Translations under genes and position numbers: made by a program
Shown: positions 1 to 13,723 of the stretch, piece after piece
How positions within the stretch are numbered: the stretch's first letter is position 1
Layout: every line of letters begins with the position of its first letter
The notes under the pieces: model-generated
Told to the model about the DNA's origin: nothing
The model's database searches: none
The model's input: only the letters and a program-made list of their open reading frames with translations
NCBI RefSeq assembly: GCF_026210795.1
Contig: NC_089436.1
Span: forward strand, 2,480,001 to 2,544,000
Direction: 5' to 3'
From: Rhizophagus irregularis
Lineage: Eukaryota
DNA: 64,000 nucleotides

Positions 1-1199
1 TCCTAATAGTATATGAACTTCATATGCTTAGACCTGTCAAGAGGAAGGATTAAAGAAAATTAATGAGTAACAAATTAAACAATCTCATTTTTCATATTTA
101 CATCATAAAATAAAAGTTGGGGTAATTAGTAATTAGGTAGGATCTATAAAAAGACAATAAATTTTTCTAAAGGGATTGTTAAATATTTATTTCAGCCTTT
201 TTTTTTTTTTTTTTCGATTTTACGTCTTCAACTTTAATAATTAAATATTACTGCATGAGAGATAAATCATGTGGCCTAAATGTAATTATAACATACATGA
301 CATGTTGTATTCACGTGATATAAGTAATTTTTGTGGGGAAAAGTCATTACTTATTAGTCATTAAATCATTTATAGGTCAATAGGTCAAAAGAAAAACAAT
401 GTTCATTCCACAATGGGTAAGGATAAAAAAGGTCCCAGGATTCGATTTTGGAAGATATTATGCATGTGTAAGCAAGAAGTTGTTTTTTTGCATCTTTTGC
501 ATTAATTAAAGTTTAATTTTATTGTCAATTTTTATTTTTATTAGAACGTCAAATGATGAGAATAATAAAAAATGATGGGTTTCAGTTTATTGGTGTTTTA
601 ATTTTTTTTAAATATAGTAGTAATAATAAAGTTATATTGTTCATTACTATTATAGTATTTAATAATAATCGGGATCATTTATTACAAATTATTAATTATA
701 TCTTGTATTGAACTTATCGTTTAGAAATGCATGTATTTCTTAATGATCATTAATTATTGGTGAATTTATGCAGTGATATCCATATGGTCGATTCTTTATT
801 AGTCATAGTTTTTTTAGTTACAATCGGGGATACTCATTTACTTTACTTATTTAATACTAAATCGGTTATAAATTGAAAGGGGGACTTGAACCTTTCAATT
901 TTCTTTGGGAAATGGAAATTTATTACAGTATAAATATAAATATGCCGGTAATACATTTATTCTTTTACTTTGATCTTTGGGGATTATTATGTATATATAT
1001 ATATTTTTTGGTTTTGGTTATTACATAATCGTAATCCAATTTCAAAAAAAATAAAATAAAATAAAATAAATAAATAAATAAAAAAACTCTACTTTTTGTT
1101 TTTGTCGAAAAACAGAAACCAATAATAGTCATCATTATTTTTTTTTCCCTTATTATTTATTATATTAAATCATATTTTTTTTTTCACCTAAAATATATT

Positions 1200-1813
1200 T
1201 ATTTTCAAAGGAGATATTTTTTTTAAACCAATATTTTTTTTTAAACCTTAAAAATTTTAAAATTTTAAATATTTTAAATATTTTAAATATTTTAGAAATT
1301 TTAGAAATTTTAGAAATTTAAAATATTTTTTTTAAAACCTTCTTTTTTTTTAAACCTTTATTTTTTTTAAACCTTTATTTTAAAATCTTTTAAAACCTTT
1401 TAAACCTTTTTTTTTATTTTTTAAAAAAAAATATTTTCTTTTGAAAATATAAATAATATAATAATATAAATATAAAATTTTTTTATTTTTATTTTTTATT
1501 TTTATTTTTTTTTTATTTGTTTACTTTTTTAAAGCTAAAGGGACGCGCTTTATTTACTGCTACACATAAAAAAAAAAATTAAATTTTTTTTTTTGAATAT
1601 AAAAATGATATAAATTCATACAAACATAATGACACTATTTGTTTATTTTAACGAAAAAAAGAAACACAAAAATCCTAAAATATACAAATTATCCTTTTAA
1701 TAAATTTTTATTATTATAATATTATTTTTTTATTATTAAAGATAAATTTAATAATAATTATAATAATCAATTTTAAATAAATTTATAATTATAATTATAA
1801 TTATAAATTAATT

Positions 1814-1846
<33 letters not shown>

Positions 1847-2150
1847 TTTATTTATTATATATAACTTTTTAAAAAAAAAATATTCAGGTTTTTAATTTGT
1901 TTTAATTTAAAATTATTTTTTTTATTTTTTTTTGTATTGATTTGAAAGGAGAATTTTTTTTTTTTTTTGAAAGCGTCATGAAAGATTTATGAAAGCTTTC
2001 AAAAAAAATCTCTTTTAAAAAAATTTTATTTTTTATTATTATTTATATACAAACATACGTACATACATATAATATATATATATATATATTAATATATATA
2101 CATATACATTTATATATATATATATATATATATAATATTTTCGTTACTGC
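1200..2150. repeat. AT-rich low-complexity / (TA)n microsatellite tract upstream of the methyltransferase
   Basis: Runs of (AT)n, poly-T/poly-A and repeated ttttaaa units. Confidence 0.7.
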
Positions 2151-2237
2151 GTCTTAATTTTTTTTTTCTTTATATATTTTTCCAAAATAAACGTTTAACA
2201 ACCCAATTTTCTTTTCTCAAAATTTTTCTTTTAAAAT

Positions 2238-3706
2238 ATGGGTAAATCATTATCAAAAAATTCCACCTTCTCTAGTACCACTTCTTCCCATACAATTACA
2301 GTATCATCAGTATCATCGAAACCATCAACAACACCATCGATCATATCAACAAATTCACGTTCAAATAGTTTTCTTAATAAAAGAAAATCCACATTTTCTA
2401 TAAAATCTTCATCAAAATGGTCTTTAACCACGTCACATCCTAAAAATACACCACCATCAAATAATGTATTAATGGTATCAACACCAAATACTCCTTCTGG
2501 AACACCACGAAATTTATTTATGGATTCACCTGATTATTTTAATACAAATAATAATTTTTGTGATAACCAATCATCGGAATTTCCTTCGGATTTTAAATTT
2601 GTTGATGGTAGACGTTTTCATAATATTGATACTGTAAAATATTTCTTACCAAATGATGAAATTGAAATGGATAGATTAAAAACTTATCATTATTTACTTA
2701 ATAATGTTTTTCAAAGTAATTTTTCTTCTCCTGTTAAAGAAATATTAAAAATTGGTGGTACTGAAGTATTGGATTTAGGTTGTGGTCCTGGTGCTTGGTT
2801 ATTAGATATGGCTGAAACTTTTCCAAAATCAAATTTTACTGGTGTGGATTTAACTAATACTTTAATTGGAAATGATGATATGTCAAAAAATATTAAATTT
2901 ATTAAAGGGAATGTATTGGATGGTTTACCTTTTAAAAATTCCACTTTTGATTATATATTTATAAGAAATTTAAGTTATGGTTTTTCTGAACAAGATTGGA
3001 AATTTATGATAAATGAAATAATAAGAATAACAAAACCTGGTGGTTGGATTGAGGTAAATAATGGTTGATGTAATGGAGTGTAAATGTAAGGAGTGTAAAT
3101 GTAAAGTTTAATTTTCTTTTTTTTTTATTTTTTAGTTAATGGAACCAGAATTAAAAGCACGTAATGAAGGTCCTATAACCATATATTTAAATGACACATG
3201 TAAGTCAGTATACATACTGTATGTAGTAGTAAATTTTTAATTTAATTTAAAAAAAACTCACAAAAAACCCCTTTTACTACCGTAGTTATAAAAGATCTTC
3301 AATCACAGAATATTTTTATAAATATAACGACGGAATTGGAACAATTTCTTAAGGATACAAACCAAATCGATCAAGTATATCACGATGAAAAATTAATTAG
3401 TTGTGGTTCATGGGCAGGGTAAGTTTTTAATTTTTTATGAAGGTAAAAGGTGAATTTATAAATGGTATAATGGTATAGTAGTTTTTCTAAATCTATCAAA
3501 TTTTAATTAATAGACGACTTGGTGAATTGGCTTGTGAGGATTTTTTGATGATAATACGTGCGATAAAACCTCGTTTATCGCAAATTATTGGTGTAAATCA
3601 TGAAGATTATGATCAATTGTTACAAAGTATACCTGATGAAATGAATGAACATAAAACTTCTTTTATACATCATCGTTTTTGGGTTCAAAAATTATTTTCT
3701 GTATAA
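2238..3706 (+). CDS. Class I SAM-dependent methyltransferase (LaeA-like/Methyltransf_23-25 type), 4 exons: 2238-3053, 3136-3199, 3286-3418, 3514-3706
   Basis: Motifs YFLPNDEIEMDRL, VLDLGCGPGAW (SAM-binding motif I), GNVLDGLPF, FDYIFIR and KPGGWIE. GT-AG introns join the exons into one frame ending HRFWVQKLFSV-stop. Ser/Thr-rich N-terminus. Confidence 0.9.
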
Positions 3707-5022
3707 AAAAAAAATTTAATTGATGGAGTTTGACGTACAGTATGTAAAAGATTTTATTCTTTTAGCGAAGGAAAAAAGAAAAAAAAATAATTTTTTAGTA
3801 TTTACTTTAATGTTTTTAATAATTTGTAATATAATAATAACAATAATAATAACTTTTAATTATAGTTACTGCGTCTCGTACGCATTTTCTTACTTTGGTG
3901 ATGTCTGTTGCAATTTTTAAAAGATCATTCATTTTAATGATAAGCAAAACCAACTTGAGTTGTAACTACAATCCTCTTGAGTTGTAATTATAGGATCCCG
4001 GGGCTATATAGTACAGTATTACTGTTATATGCATGAATTTGAATGAAACGATTCATCTGATACTTTTAGTTTAGGTTTTATTTTTATTTTTTTTTTTGAA
4101 ACCTTATAAAATGAAAATTTTATTACACAAATAAAAATATTTTCAAGGCAAAACAATTAAATTGGTCATCCACTGACGCCAAGTGAGCGTCAACATAATT
4201 GTAATCACATTTCCGTGGCGAATTTATCTATAATCTATAGCATACAAGTATATTAATAGAAGAGCAATATATCGAAATTCGGGTTGTTAGCACTTAACAA
4301 ACTTATTATATTTTCCTCGAGAATAATTATGCTAGAACTGTCCCAAAAAAAAAATAAACCGGTATTTTATACTGTATTAATAGTTTCTTCAAAAGTAATA
4401 AATCCTTGCAAAGCTAATGCGACGTCTTTATCTACTTTTGGAATTTCTATATATCTCACTGGTATAACCAATTAGATTATTCAATCTGTCTTTATCCTTT
4501 CAGGAGACAATCAAACAGAACGTGCTAGTGCATTCAATGGAGTCTCCCAATAGTTTCAATACGCTTGAAACGAGACATAACTTGATATATTTTCCCGAAA
4601 TAATACACTAGAACTGACCCACAGGTTGACTTATTGGCAATTTTTTAATCGGATTAAAAATCTGGTTCAATTACAGGATAACTGGTATTTCGTTAAATTG
4701 TATTTTACTAAATTATCAGACTTAATAGTAAATTATGACAAACAAATCTTTGATGACATAAATAAAATTTAGATTATGCTAAGTTAATACATTAAGTACT
4801 TGCTCAAAGTTAAGTTCTGACCGAAAATATCTCGTCCACGAGGTGATATCACGTGATGTCACCAGTATTTGGTTTATCATGTGATTTTATTACTAAATAT
4901 TAAAAATATGAAGCTTGCTAATAACAATTTGAACTGATCTTTAATCAAAAGAATGAAACAATTCATTTAAGAAACTGTTGTTGGAATTGAATTCGCATAT
5001 TACTTTGCTGAAGTGGATTTTG

Positions 5023-5148
5023 CGTAATAAGAGAAACTCCCCGCAATTTTCTTACGCCACAGCAGAAAGTTTCTAAACCCAACTCACGTCCCGCTTTAAT
5101 TGGCAAACAGCCCAACCCCTGGGAAATTCTGCCCTTCCAGTCGACATT
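5023..5148 (-). rRNA. Decayed fragment of bacterial-type large-subunit (23S) rRNA, domain V; non-functional
   Basis: Minus strand reads ATGTCGACT..GG...GGGGTTGGGCTGTTTGCCAATTAAAGCGGGACGTGAGTTGGGTTTAGAA..TCTGCTGTGGCGTAAGAAAATTGCGGGGAGTTTCTCTTATTACG. This is collinear with the conserved 23S peptidyl-transferase-region sequence apart from two internal deletions. Confidence 0.75.
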
Positions 5149-7620
5149 CACTGTGAAGTTTTAGCGGTGAATTTATGATTTATGATGTAATTCCGGCTTA
5201 ATATGGTGACCATAACTACTGGTGAGCTTTATGACCTTTTGTACAAGAATATTTTTACATAAGAAATTTCAATAGTAATATCGTAATATTCATATTCATC
5301 GTCATCTAGTAGTACTCTTATCTTTCAATTGAAATGAGAACAGCTTACAGCTAAATGAACGAATAGTGAACTAACGTAACGCGTGTAAGCATGTTCTTTC
5401 AATCTATAAACGACTCAATCAAGAAATGTTCATAAAGGCAAAAGACGAAGGGCAAAAAAAAAATATTTGCAGCAGTACTGAAATATTAATACTACTATTA
5501 AATGCATCATCACAACCAATAAAGTTTTTGTAAAGATAAATCGGATTACTATATAGGCTCATCACAATTGATCCTAAAGTATACCCTAGCACGGGTATGT
5601 CAAATGATCCATTCTTTATTGTAGTCTTCTGGCCATAAAATTATATACCGTTCAATTATTTCTTTAAACAATCCACCTTAGGTTCAAGTATAATATGTAC
5701 GATATTTATGGCTAATTCTATTTAGAGAATCGATACGATTTTCGTATTAATTTCTATTTCTTTATGAAAGTGATTTGATCTTGATCTTTATTTAGAGTTT
5801 TAGGGAGATTTTGAATTTTAAAAATAATTATAATAAATATAATCAAATATAATAAATCCAAGTTTAAACCTAATAATTCATCATCTTATTCGTTCCGATT
5901 TCAAAATATATATTTTGACTTCATTCAACTTCTTTCCCTAATTATATACACTTTTTGTTTTATATATATATGTATTCCTGTTATTGATGCTCGTTTATGT
6001 TAAACAGATTTTTCCCAAGCATAATTATAACATAAACTTTGCGCAACTCAATAATAATTACCCGTTGCTCTTGATGTTCATGCTATAACTATTTTTGCCT
6101 TATTATGCTAGATTCGACATTTATATTTGACGAACTATTTTTCAGATTCTATCATATGCTAATAGTAGTATGCAATTATTGCTAGTCCCAAAAAATAAAA
6201 TTTTTGATGAATACTCTGATTCATATTACGAATTTTCACTAGTACTATCGAATACAGTTAAGTTTTTATGTAATCATTCCTGCCCACCTCGCCCATGATT
6301 GTTGTGATTCTGTGAGGCTTCAGAACGCTAAACTAAAGGCAAGTAAATCTTAATACAATGTGAATCGAATCATTGAAGCAAAATTTTCATTTTCGACTTC
6401 TACCTGAAAGCGGATTTTTTTTTGTACTCAAGCTACGGTAGCTAGATATAAGAACTAAGAAGACAATAAAAAAGTAAGTATAATTTCTGAATTAGATGAA
6501 GATGACTGGGAATAGCTTCTACAGCGAAGCACCATGCCACAAGCAGCACAGCTGCTAATTGAGATGACAACTGCATTGTGATTATGACAAGATTTGACTC
6601 GCTAGTGACGAACGGCGACAACCCAATTGTAGATAGTAAGATCACATACCTGGATTCTACTGATTAGTCACTAACAGAGGTACTTTCGATCTTTTGACAA
6701 AGTGGTAGAACACATCAATGGTAGAACGCATCATAGTAGGCCACCTTCCATACGTCAGGTCTGGTAAGCATTGACCAGGATAATCTTACCATCTTTTGCA
6801 CAAAGAGTACTACTAACACTGCCCGATTCTCATATAAATGATCAAAATAACGCTAAAACCATTATCGAACTTAGATAAGTTTTGCAAATCATTGTTGTTT
6901 ACGCAATAATTTACGCGTATACCCACGTCTCTATTTGAGATTTAAATCATATATATGAAAATTCGTTATTTTTTTCTTATTTTGAAGCAAAATTTGTATA
7001 ATGTAAGTAAATCTCAAAATGGTACTTTGTAATAATTTACCGCACCATGAAATCCTCGCACGCTAATTTTCAAGTTGTCTATTAACAAGTAATAATTAAA
7101 TTTGACAAAAGAATCTCACCTTTTATTATAAGATCTTTTATAACTAGTAAACAGAAACATGATCAACCGATTTATTACTATGGATGAAATGAACTAATTA
7201 ATGTAAAATTCCTTTATAAATCATTGTTATATATAAAGATTTAATAAAGGATTGAATAAATTTTTATTTTATTTAATAGTTACAATATAATAATAATTCA
7301 TATCCTTGAGCAAAATATTCAGACTAATATTTTTTATTCCCAAGTCCATCATATTGTTACGTATAAGCGAGAATTGATGGAATATAAATTTTAAATATGA
7401 TTAAATCCAAGTGGTAATAGTAAAAGTTAAATATAATAATTTAAATGGCATTGCTGATTATAACATTGGTTTTAGAACCATCTAACAATCCAAGAACTCG
7501 GTCTATTTCTCACCCATTTTATAATTGATTAACTGTAGTTCACTCCCTTAATAGTTTTTCGCCATCATAGTTGTTAATTGGGCAATCTTTTTTAAACATA
7601 TTGACCCAGGTTATATATCT

Positions 7621-9205
7621 TAGTAAACTTCCTGTTTTACTATGGCGCCGCTGGAACCGACCCAAAAAACTTCCAATATAATTCTGCAGTCAATTCTGAC
7701 ACATCCCTTTTTTTCTTCTATAATATCTTCTTACTGTGCATCAAATATCAATCATGCTTGCTTACATTTCCTGTACGAAATAGCATTGTAATGATGCAAC
7801 AACTTTCTTTGACATATGAACAGCCACCACTTTTTTTTGATTTGTTTTCTTTCGGTTACTCAATTATCAATCATTCTAATTTAATATTTATTTTATAATA
7901 ATACTCATACTACAGTTCGATAATAATTTTAAGCGGCCATCTTGCTTCATCATCAAAGTTTCCTTGATTACCGTGACTATTCAGATTTCTACTAGTTATT
8001 ATTGACTGAAAATATATAATAAAGCTAAGGATATCTATTTGTATATTCTTCAAATAAATATTCCAAGCATATAATATAATTCTTTTTTATTTCATCAAAT
8101 GAACATCACTTAGCATTTATTTCTAGTATGTAAATAGAATGATGATAATGTACCACTATTATCAATAGTAAACTTCCTGTTTCGTTATGGTGCCGCTGAA
8201 ACTGACCCAAAAAACTTCCGATATAATTCTTCAGTCAATTCTGACACATCTCTTTTTTTTCTTCTATCATATCTTCTACTGTGCATCAAATATCAATCAT
8301 GCTTGCTTACATTTCCTGTATGAAATAGCATTGTAATGATGCAATAACTTTCTTTGACATATGAACACCCACTTTTTTTTGATTTGTTCTTCTTTCGGTA
8401 CTCAATTATCAATCATTCTAAATTAATATTTATTTTATAATAATACTCATATTACAGTTCGATAATAATTTTAAGCGTCCATCTTGCTTCATCACCAAAT
8501 TCCTTGATTACCGTAACTATTCAGATTTCTACTAGTTATTATTGACTGAAAATATATAATAAAGCTAAGGATACCTATCCACATATTCTTCAAAAGATAT
8601 TCCAACATAACACTGTTATTTCATCCAACCAACATCGCTTAGCATTTATTTCTAGCGTGTAAAAAATATAATGATGAAAATGGACTACTATTACCAATAG
8701 TAAACTTCCTGTTTCACTATGGCGCCGCTGGAACCGACCCAAAAAAACTTTTGACATAATTCTGCTTCAGTCAATACATCCCTTTCTTTCTTCTAACATA
8801 TCTTCTACTATATATCAAATATCAACCATGCTTGCTTACATTTCTTGTATGAAAATAGCATTGTAATGATGCAATAATTTTCTTTGATACACGAACCACC
8901 CACTTCTTTTAATTTGTTTTCTCTCAGTACCTAACCATTTAAACGGAAACTCTTTATCATCCTAATTTTAATATTTTTTATAATAATACTGATATTACAG
9001 TTCGATAATAATTTAAGCGCCCATCTTGTTTCATCACCAAAGTTTTCTTGATTACCGTAGCTATTCAGATTTCTACTAGTTATTGCTGATTAGAAATATA
9101 CAATATACATATCCACATATTCTTCAAATAGATATTCCAACATAACACTTTTATTTCATCCAACCAACATCGCTTAGCATTTATTTCTAGTATGTAAAAT
9201 AGATG
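7621..9205. repeat. Three tandem copies of a ~540-bp unit (starts 7621, 8166, 8698)
   Basis: Each unit starts TAGTAAACTTCCTGTTT..TATGG(C/T)GCCGCTG(G/A)AAC and shares CATGCTTGCTTACATTTC, ACAGTTCGATAATAATTT and TTCAGATTTCTACTAGTTATT. Confidence 0.95.
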
Positions 9206-10504
9206 CACTATTTATTAATAAATAATAAATAATACCAATATGTGGTATTATAATGGTCCTGGTATTGTTGAAGGGATATTCTGGGCTAAGTTCATCCATG
9301 ATATTTTTCTTATTTTTTCTGCTCCATTCTGCCAAAATTTAGATAAAATATAACTGGCTAAAGGTCCATCACAGGCAAACTCTATTCATTCAAGTTAAAT
9401 ATGCTGGATATTATTTCAAATTTTCTCAATTCGCGTTATATAGGTTCCTTACTGTATTCTCAATATCTGGTCCTCGCAGCTCAATCGGATTAATTAGATT
9501 TGCAATCTATAAATCATGTAATAATATAAATTATTACTCGTGCATAATGAGAATCTACGATGGGCCTTGCTTTTAGTTCAAAAAGATCCATCTTTTTGTA
9601 ACGTCAATCCCTTTAACTCTTTGAATTAATTGCTTATTAGATAATCCTCCTTGCTTGATGTGATGCGTAAAAAACTAAATCGCTGTTGGTAATCTTCTAA
9701 TATTTAGGGATTAATAAATTGAAACTTTCAAATAGCTCAAACAATCTCAAACAATTTGTGCATCAAACAGTGTAATACTCATTATATATATTCCAAATGC
9801 ATATAATAATTAACAATGATCAATGAATTCATTCATCATGTCGAATTGTTCCCTCATATATTTAACTTGCAATTCACGTTTAAACTCCTTCTCAGATGAC
9901 GTTAGATCGATCCATTCTGATTCATTTTATGGAAAAAAATAAATAAATTCAAGATTTGAAATATATATATTAAAAAAAAACATAAATGTTATAAGATCTT
10001 CGCGATACTTACATGTGAGCCATAAAAGTTGTTCTGCGCAGATATATTTCCCGCGAAGATTCTCTGATATTTGAACTTATAATAACATTTGATTTATCAG
10101 TGTTCCATGTAAAACTTTAAGTCTTCAACTGAAAGACATCCTGGTCCATTCATTCTTGTACATTTATTTGTTCATTAGTAGGTGGAAACCTTTGTTTATT
10201 AAAAATCATAATAGTTTATTTTAATAAATACCAGTAAACATAAAATCATATAAATTCTTACATTCCAAGCTTTTCTTGCATTTCACTTTAACAATCCCAT
10301 TGAAACGTTGGACGTGTTTAATAATCTCAAACAGTAAAGCACTTTAAATTGCTTTGATCATTTTCCACATCTATATTTTTGTCCAATATTCATAATACAT
10401 GAGTTATTTTATAATAATGCATTGCACTGTTGCCAAGTATGAGTCAACTAATTTAATTTCTTCAAAAATGTTTTCTCATAAAAAAAAATAAATGAAAATA
10501 TTAT

Positions 10505-10680
10505 ATAATTACCTCAGAAGGTTTATTTCCTAATATTAGTCTGCTAAATTTATAGTTATTTGGATTTCAGCCTCCGTTCTTTTGCAAAATTTGTTTTGAT
10601 TTCATCTCTTCTATAAATTATGAAAGCATTCGGAGGGCGTGGAATTTTAACAATTCACTATTTTTATTACTGATTGCCTT
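10505..10680 (-). pseudogene. MATA-type HMG-box relic
   Basis: Minus strand translates VKIPRPPNAFIIYRRDE, the typical HMG-box N-terminal signature, flanked by frameshifts and stops. Confidence 0.7.
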
Positions 10681-13510
10681 TCGAGTTTATTATATTTTAA
10701 CCAAAGATGTACGTAATTCTATGATACTGTTAGACTCTAACCATGTATTAAAAACTTGGTCCCAATTAAAAATCCCCTTTGTTCTTCATTTCGAATAATA
10801 GACATATAATTTTTATCGAGGTGGTGTGCATTTTCTAATATAACTAGAATGAAGGATCTAATTTGCTCAAACTTCTTGTTTTTGTCAAACTTCTACACGA
10901 TTTTTCCGGTTTTTCTTAATTTTATTTATTAATTTGTTTCCATGATCATTATTTTTGGACATAAATGTTACGAATTTTCTAAAAGAAGCTATATAACCAG
11001 ATGTACTGCACTTAAACCATAAGTCAAAACAGGAAATTTTCAACAAAAGGAACAGTTCAGTAATATTATTATTTTAGACCAAAAGTAAAATTTTGGTATT
11101 ATCGTTGAAACTCGAGTTGTTGTTATAATATTGAGTGGTGTGGTTTCTGCATTTACAATAAATTCTTCGCGTTGTCAAACAAATATGGCTGCTGTGGATT
11201 TGTTAATCTTTTAATAACCAGCATGGTGAAAGTTTCCAACTATAAAAATTAACTTTAGTAGTTTTTCTTTAGTTTAATGCAAACTACTAAACAAGGAATT
11301 GGGACGTAAAAATAAAAATAAGTGAGAAAATTAAACTGAATTAAAATTAATAAAAATGTCGATTCGCACGTGATTTACTGATTTATGTGTCACGAATTAA
11401 TTCTGGCCGAAATTAAATAACCTAATCGGTTCTAACCTCTAGCCCGCATTATGCAGATATTCGATTTCCGCGGAAGTTCTTAAAAGTATACTATTTATTA
11501 TTTATATCAATATAAGGCTTTTCTATTTGAAATTTTCCTTCATTGCATAGCATTTTCAACTCTGTTTGTTTATTTAAATTATCATGCAATTTATTGATTT
11601 AGATTATAAGCGTATTTGATATTGTTTCGCGTACCTATTTCCTTTTTTTGAAATATACTGCATTTGTGATTTTGAAATAGAATCTATTTGAAGGTTCAAA
11701 GTTATTTCAAATAAAAAAAATATTCATCATCATAAATATCATCGTCAATGCTCTATTTTCTTATTTCTATTTAGGACATCTTTATGAATTGTTTATTGGC
11801 ACTAGTTAAACAAATGGTCATTGAGCATAATCTTTGAATTGTAATGGAAGAAAAAGACGTGTATTTACCTCCAGCATCCTTCGCATGTTTGTTGGCGATT
11901 TTCATGTTGTTGGTGGAGAATCTATACAAGGAATCTAAATCGTAATAAAAATAAATTCATTATACATGAGTTTGAAACAAAATAAGCGCCGGTTAAATTA
12001 ATTAATTATCAAAATATTAGAAAAAGTATGAATTAAATAATTATAAAGGATTGTGCAGTTCGTCCGAACATGAATGTATCGAATGTTCGAATTAGCCCCG
12101 CTGTTTGTTTTACTTCAAATCTTTTCAGTTATCTATGAAAATTACATTATCATTATCACTATTCGTTCTCAAATTGTTTAATGATGATTTCTCTTGTAAT
12201 CTTACTTCTTGATTTTGATGTTGGAAATTGGTTTGTCGAATTTAAAAATAATTTTTAATTAAATTATCTTTTGTTGGTACATTATCCTGTATTTGTTTGT
12301 AAATATTAAAATTTTTAATAGTCCATCAAAAATAGCATTAGGAGGACCAATTTATCACAAACTTCTTCTTTTACTATTCGAGTTATTATTTTCAGGAAAA
12401 TATTTTTTTATATACTCATCAAAGATCTTTATTCGTCTTATTGAGAAGAATTAAATCTTCGATATTTGTAAGTTAAAATTTATATTATTTTGTAACTATT
12501 TGAAACCATGTGATATGACTTAATTTTAACCTATTTTGACTTTATTTGGTCTTTAATTGCGCGTAAAAAGTTCTTCTTATCAAATTTTAGTTAATATATA
12601 CAAATTAATGTAGATTTCACTTTTAGATTATAATTGAAGTTTATAAAGTAAACCCAGTGAAATGTAAAATAATCGGTATTGTTCAAAAAATGTATGTAGC
12701 ATTTACCAGTATTTTCTCAAAAAAAAAAAATGTTCTATTAAATAGATGCAATGCAACACTTTCCTTTTGCAAAATTTGAATTTTCTGTAAGTTGTTCAAT
12801 TTTCCAAAAAAAAAAAATGCTGGACTTTTGATCTGTGCTATATGTATTTTAGATACAGACATACGGTATATCGTTTTGTTCTTGATATTATAGTAATTAG
12901 TTGTATTAAAATGATATCATTTGAATTTAATGCTGTTTAATTTAGGGTTATGATACCATGCAATTCTATAAATTCTATAATATCACGTGACATAATTTAA
13001 ATTTTGGCTAGAATTATAATTTTAAATGTGCTGAAATGACCAAAATGTCACGTGATAAGGCATTTTTGATCTTGACAAGAATTTATTTATTGATATTTAT
13101 ACTTGTTATTCCATGGGTATCAATGAATAACTGAAATATGATAAGTTATTGTGTTTTAATTTGTGTGATATTAACATCAAACCATTATCTATTTATTATC
13201 TGTTTATTAAGGTATACGCATGCACTCTCGGAGGTTGAAGAGATAAAAGATGAATTATAATTTTTAAAATTAGAAATATATTGGAAAAAATGTGAAAATA
13301 AATTAGAAAATTTTGAGAGTAAGTTATAATAATTTTGGAATAAAACGAAAATAGAATAGAAAATGTCGAATAATAGAAAATGTCAAAACTCTCACATGAT
13401 GAGCGATCAAATTTTCATTTCATCAGTTATGTTGTAATTGACATGTTGAATTTGGTTTCATTTCGCATTGTACGATCGTTCTTTGTAGAGTAAACAAGTT
13501 TTTAAGATTA

Positions 13511-13723
13511 GGGCAGGCAAAAAAAAAATTAGATTCTCGTGACCCGGCCGGTCAGTTTTTCGAAAATGGAAATTTTTTATAGTAAAAAATTTTATCACGT
13601 GATTTTAAGTTTTTGGCCAATGTGCGTTTACATATTTTACATATATAAAAAAAAATGCCGGCCGGCCGGCCGGGTCATTTTAAAATTTATGTCACGAGAA
13701 TCTAAAATTTTTTTTGCCCGGCC
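13511..13723. mobile_element. MITE, PIF/Harbinger (Tourist)-like
   Basis: ~33-bp TIRs GG(G)C(A/C)GG..CAAAAAAAA..TTAGATTCTCGTGAC, with TTA on both flanks (13508-13510, 13724-13726). Confidence 0.75.

Noticed and set aside
4963..5151. 62-aa ORF MNVDWKGRISQGLG...
   Set aside because: It is a chance translation of the 23S rRNA fragment, not a protein gene
6442..6860. GC-richer segment with a 67-aa ORF resembling a signal peptide
   Set aside because: No recognisable domain, splice structure or termini; probably an unidentifiable relic
11750..11950. Possible tyrosine-recombinase C-terminal relic on the minus strand (KDAG...TIQRL)
   Set aside because: No H-x-x-R or other catalytic motif is recoverable; similarity too weak
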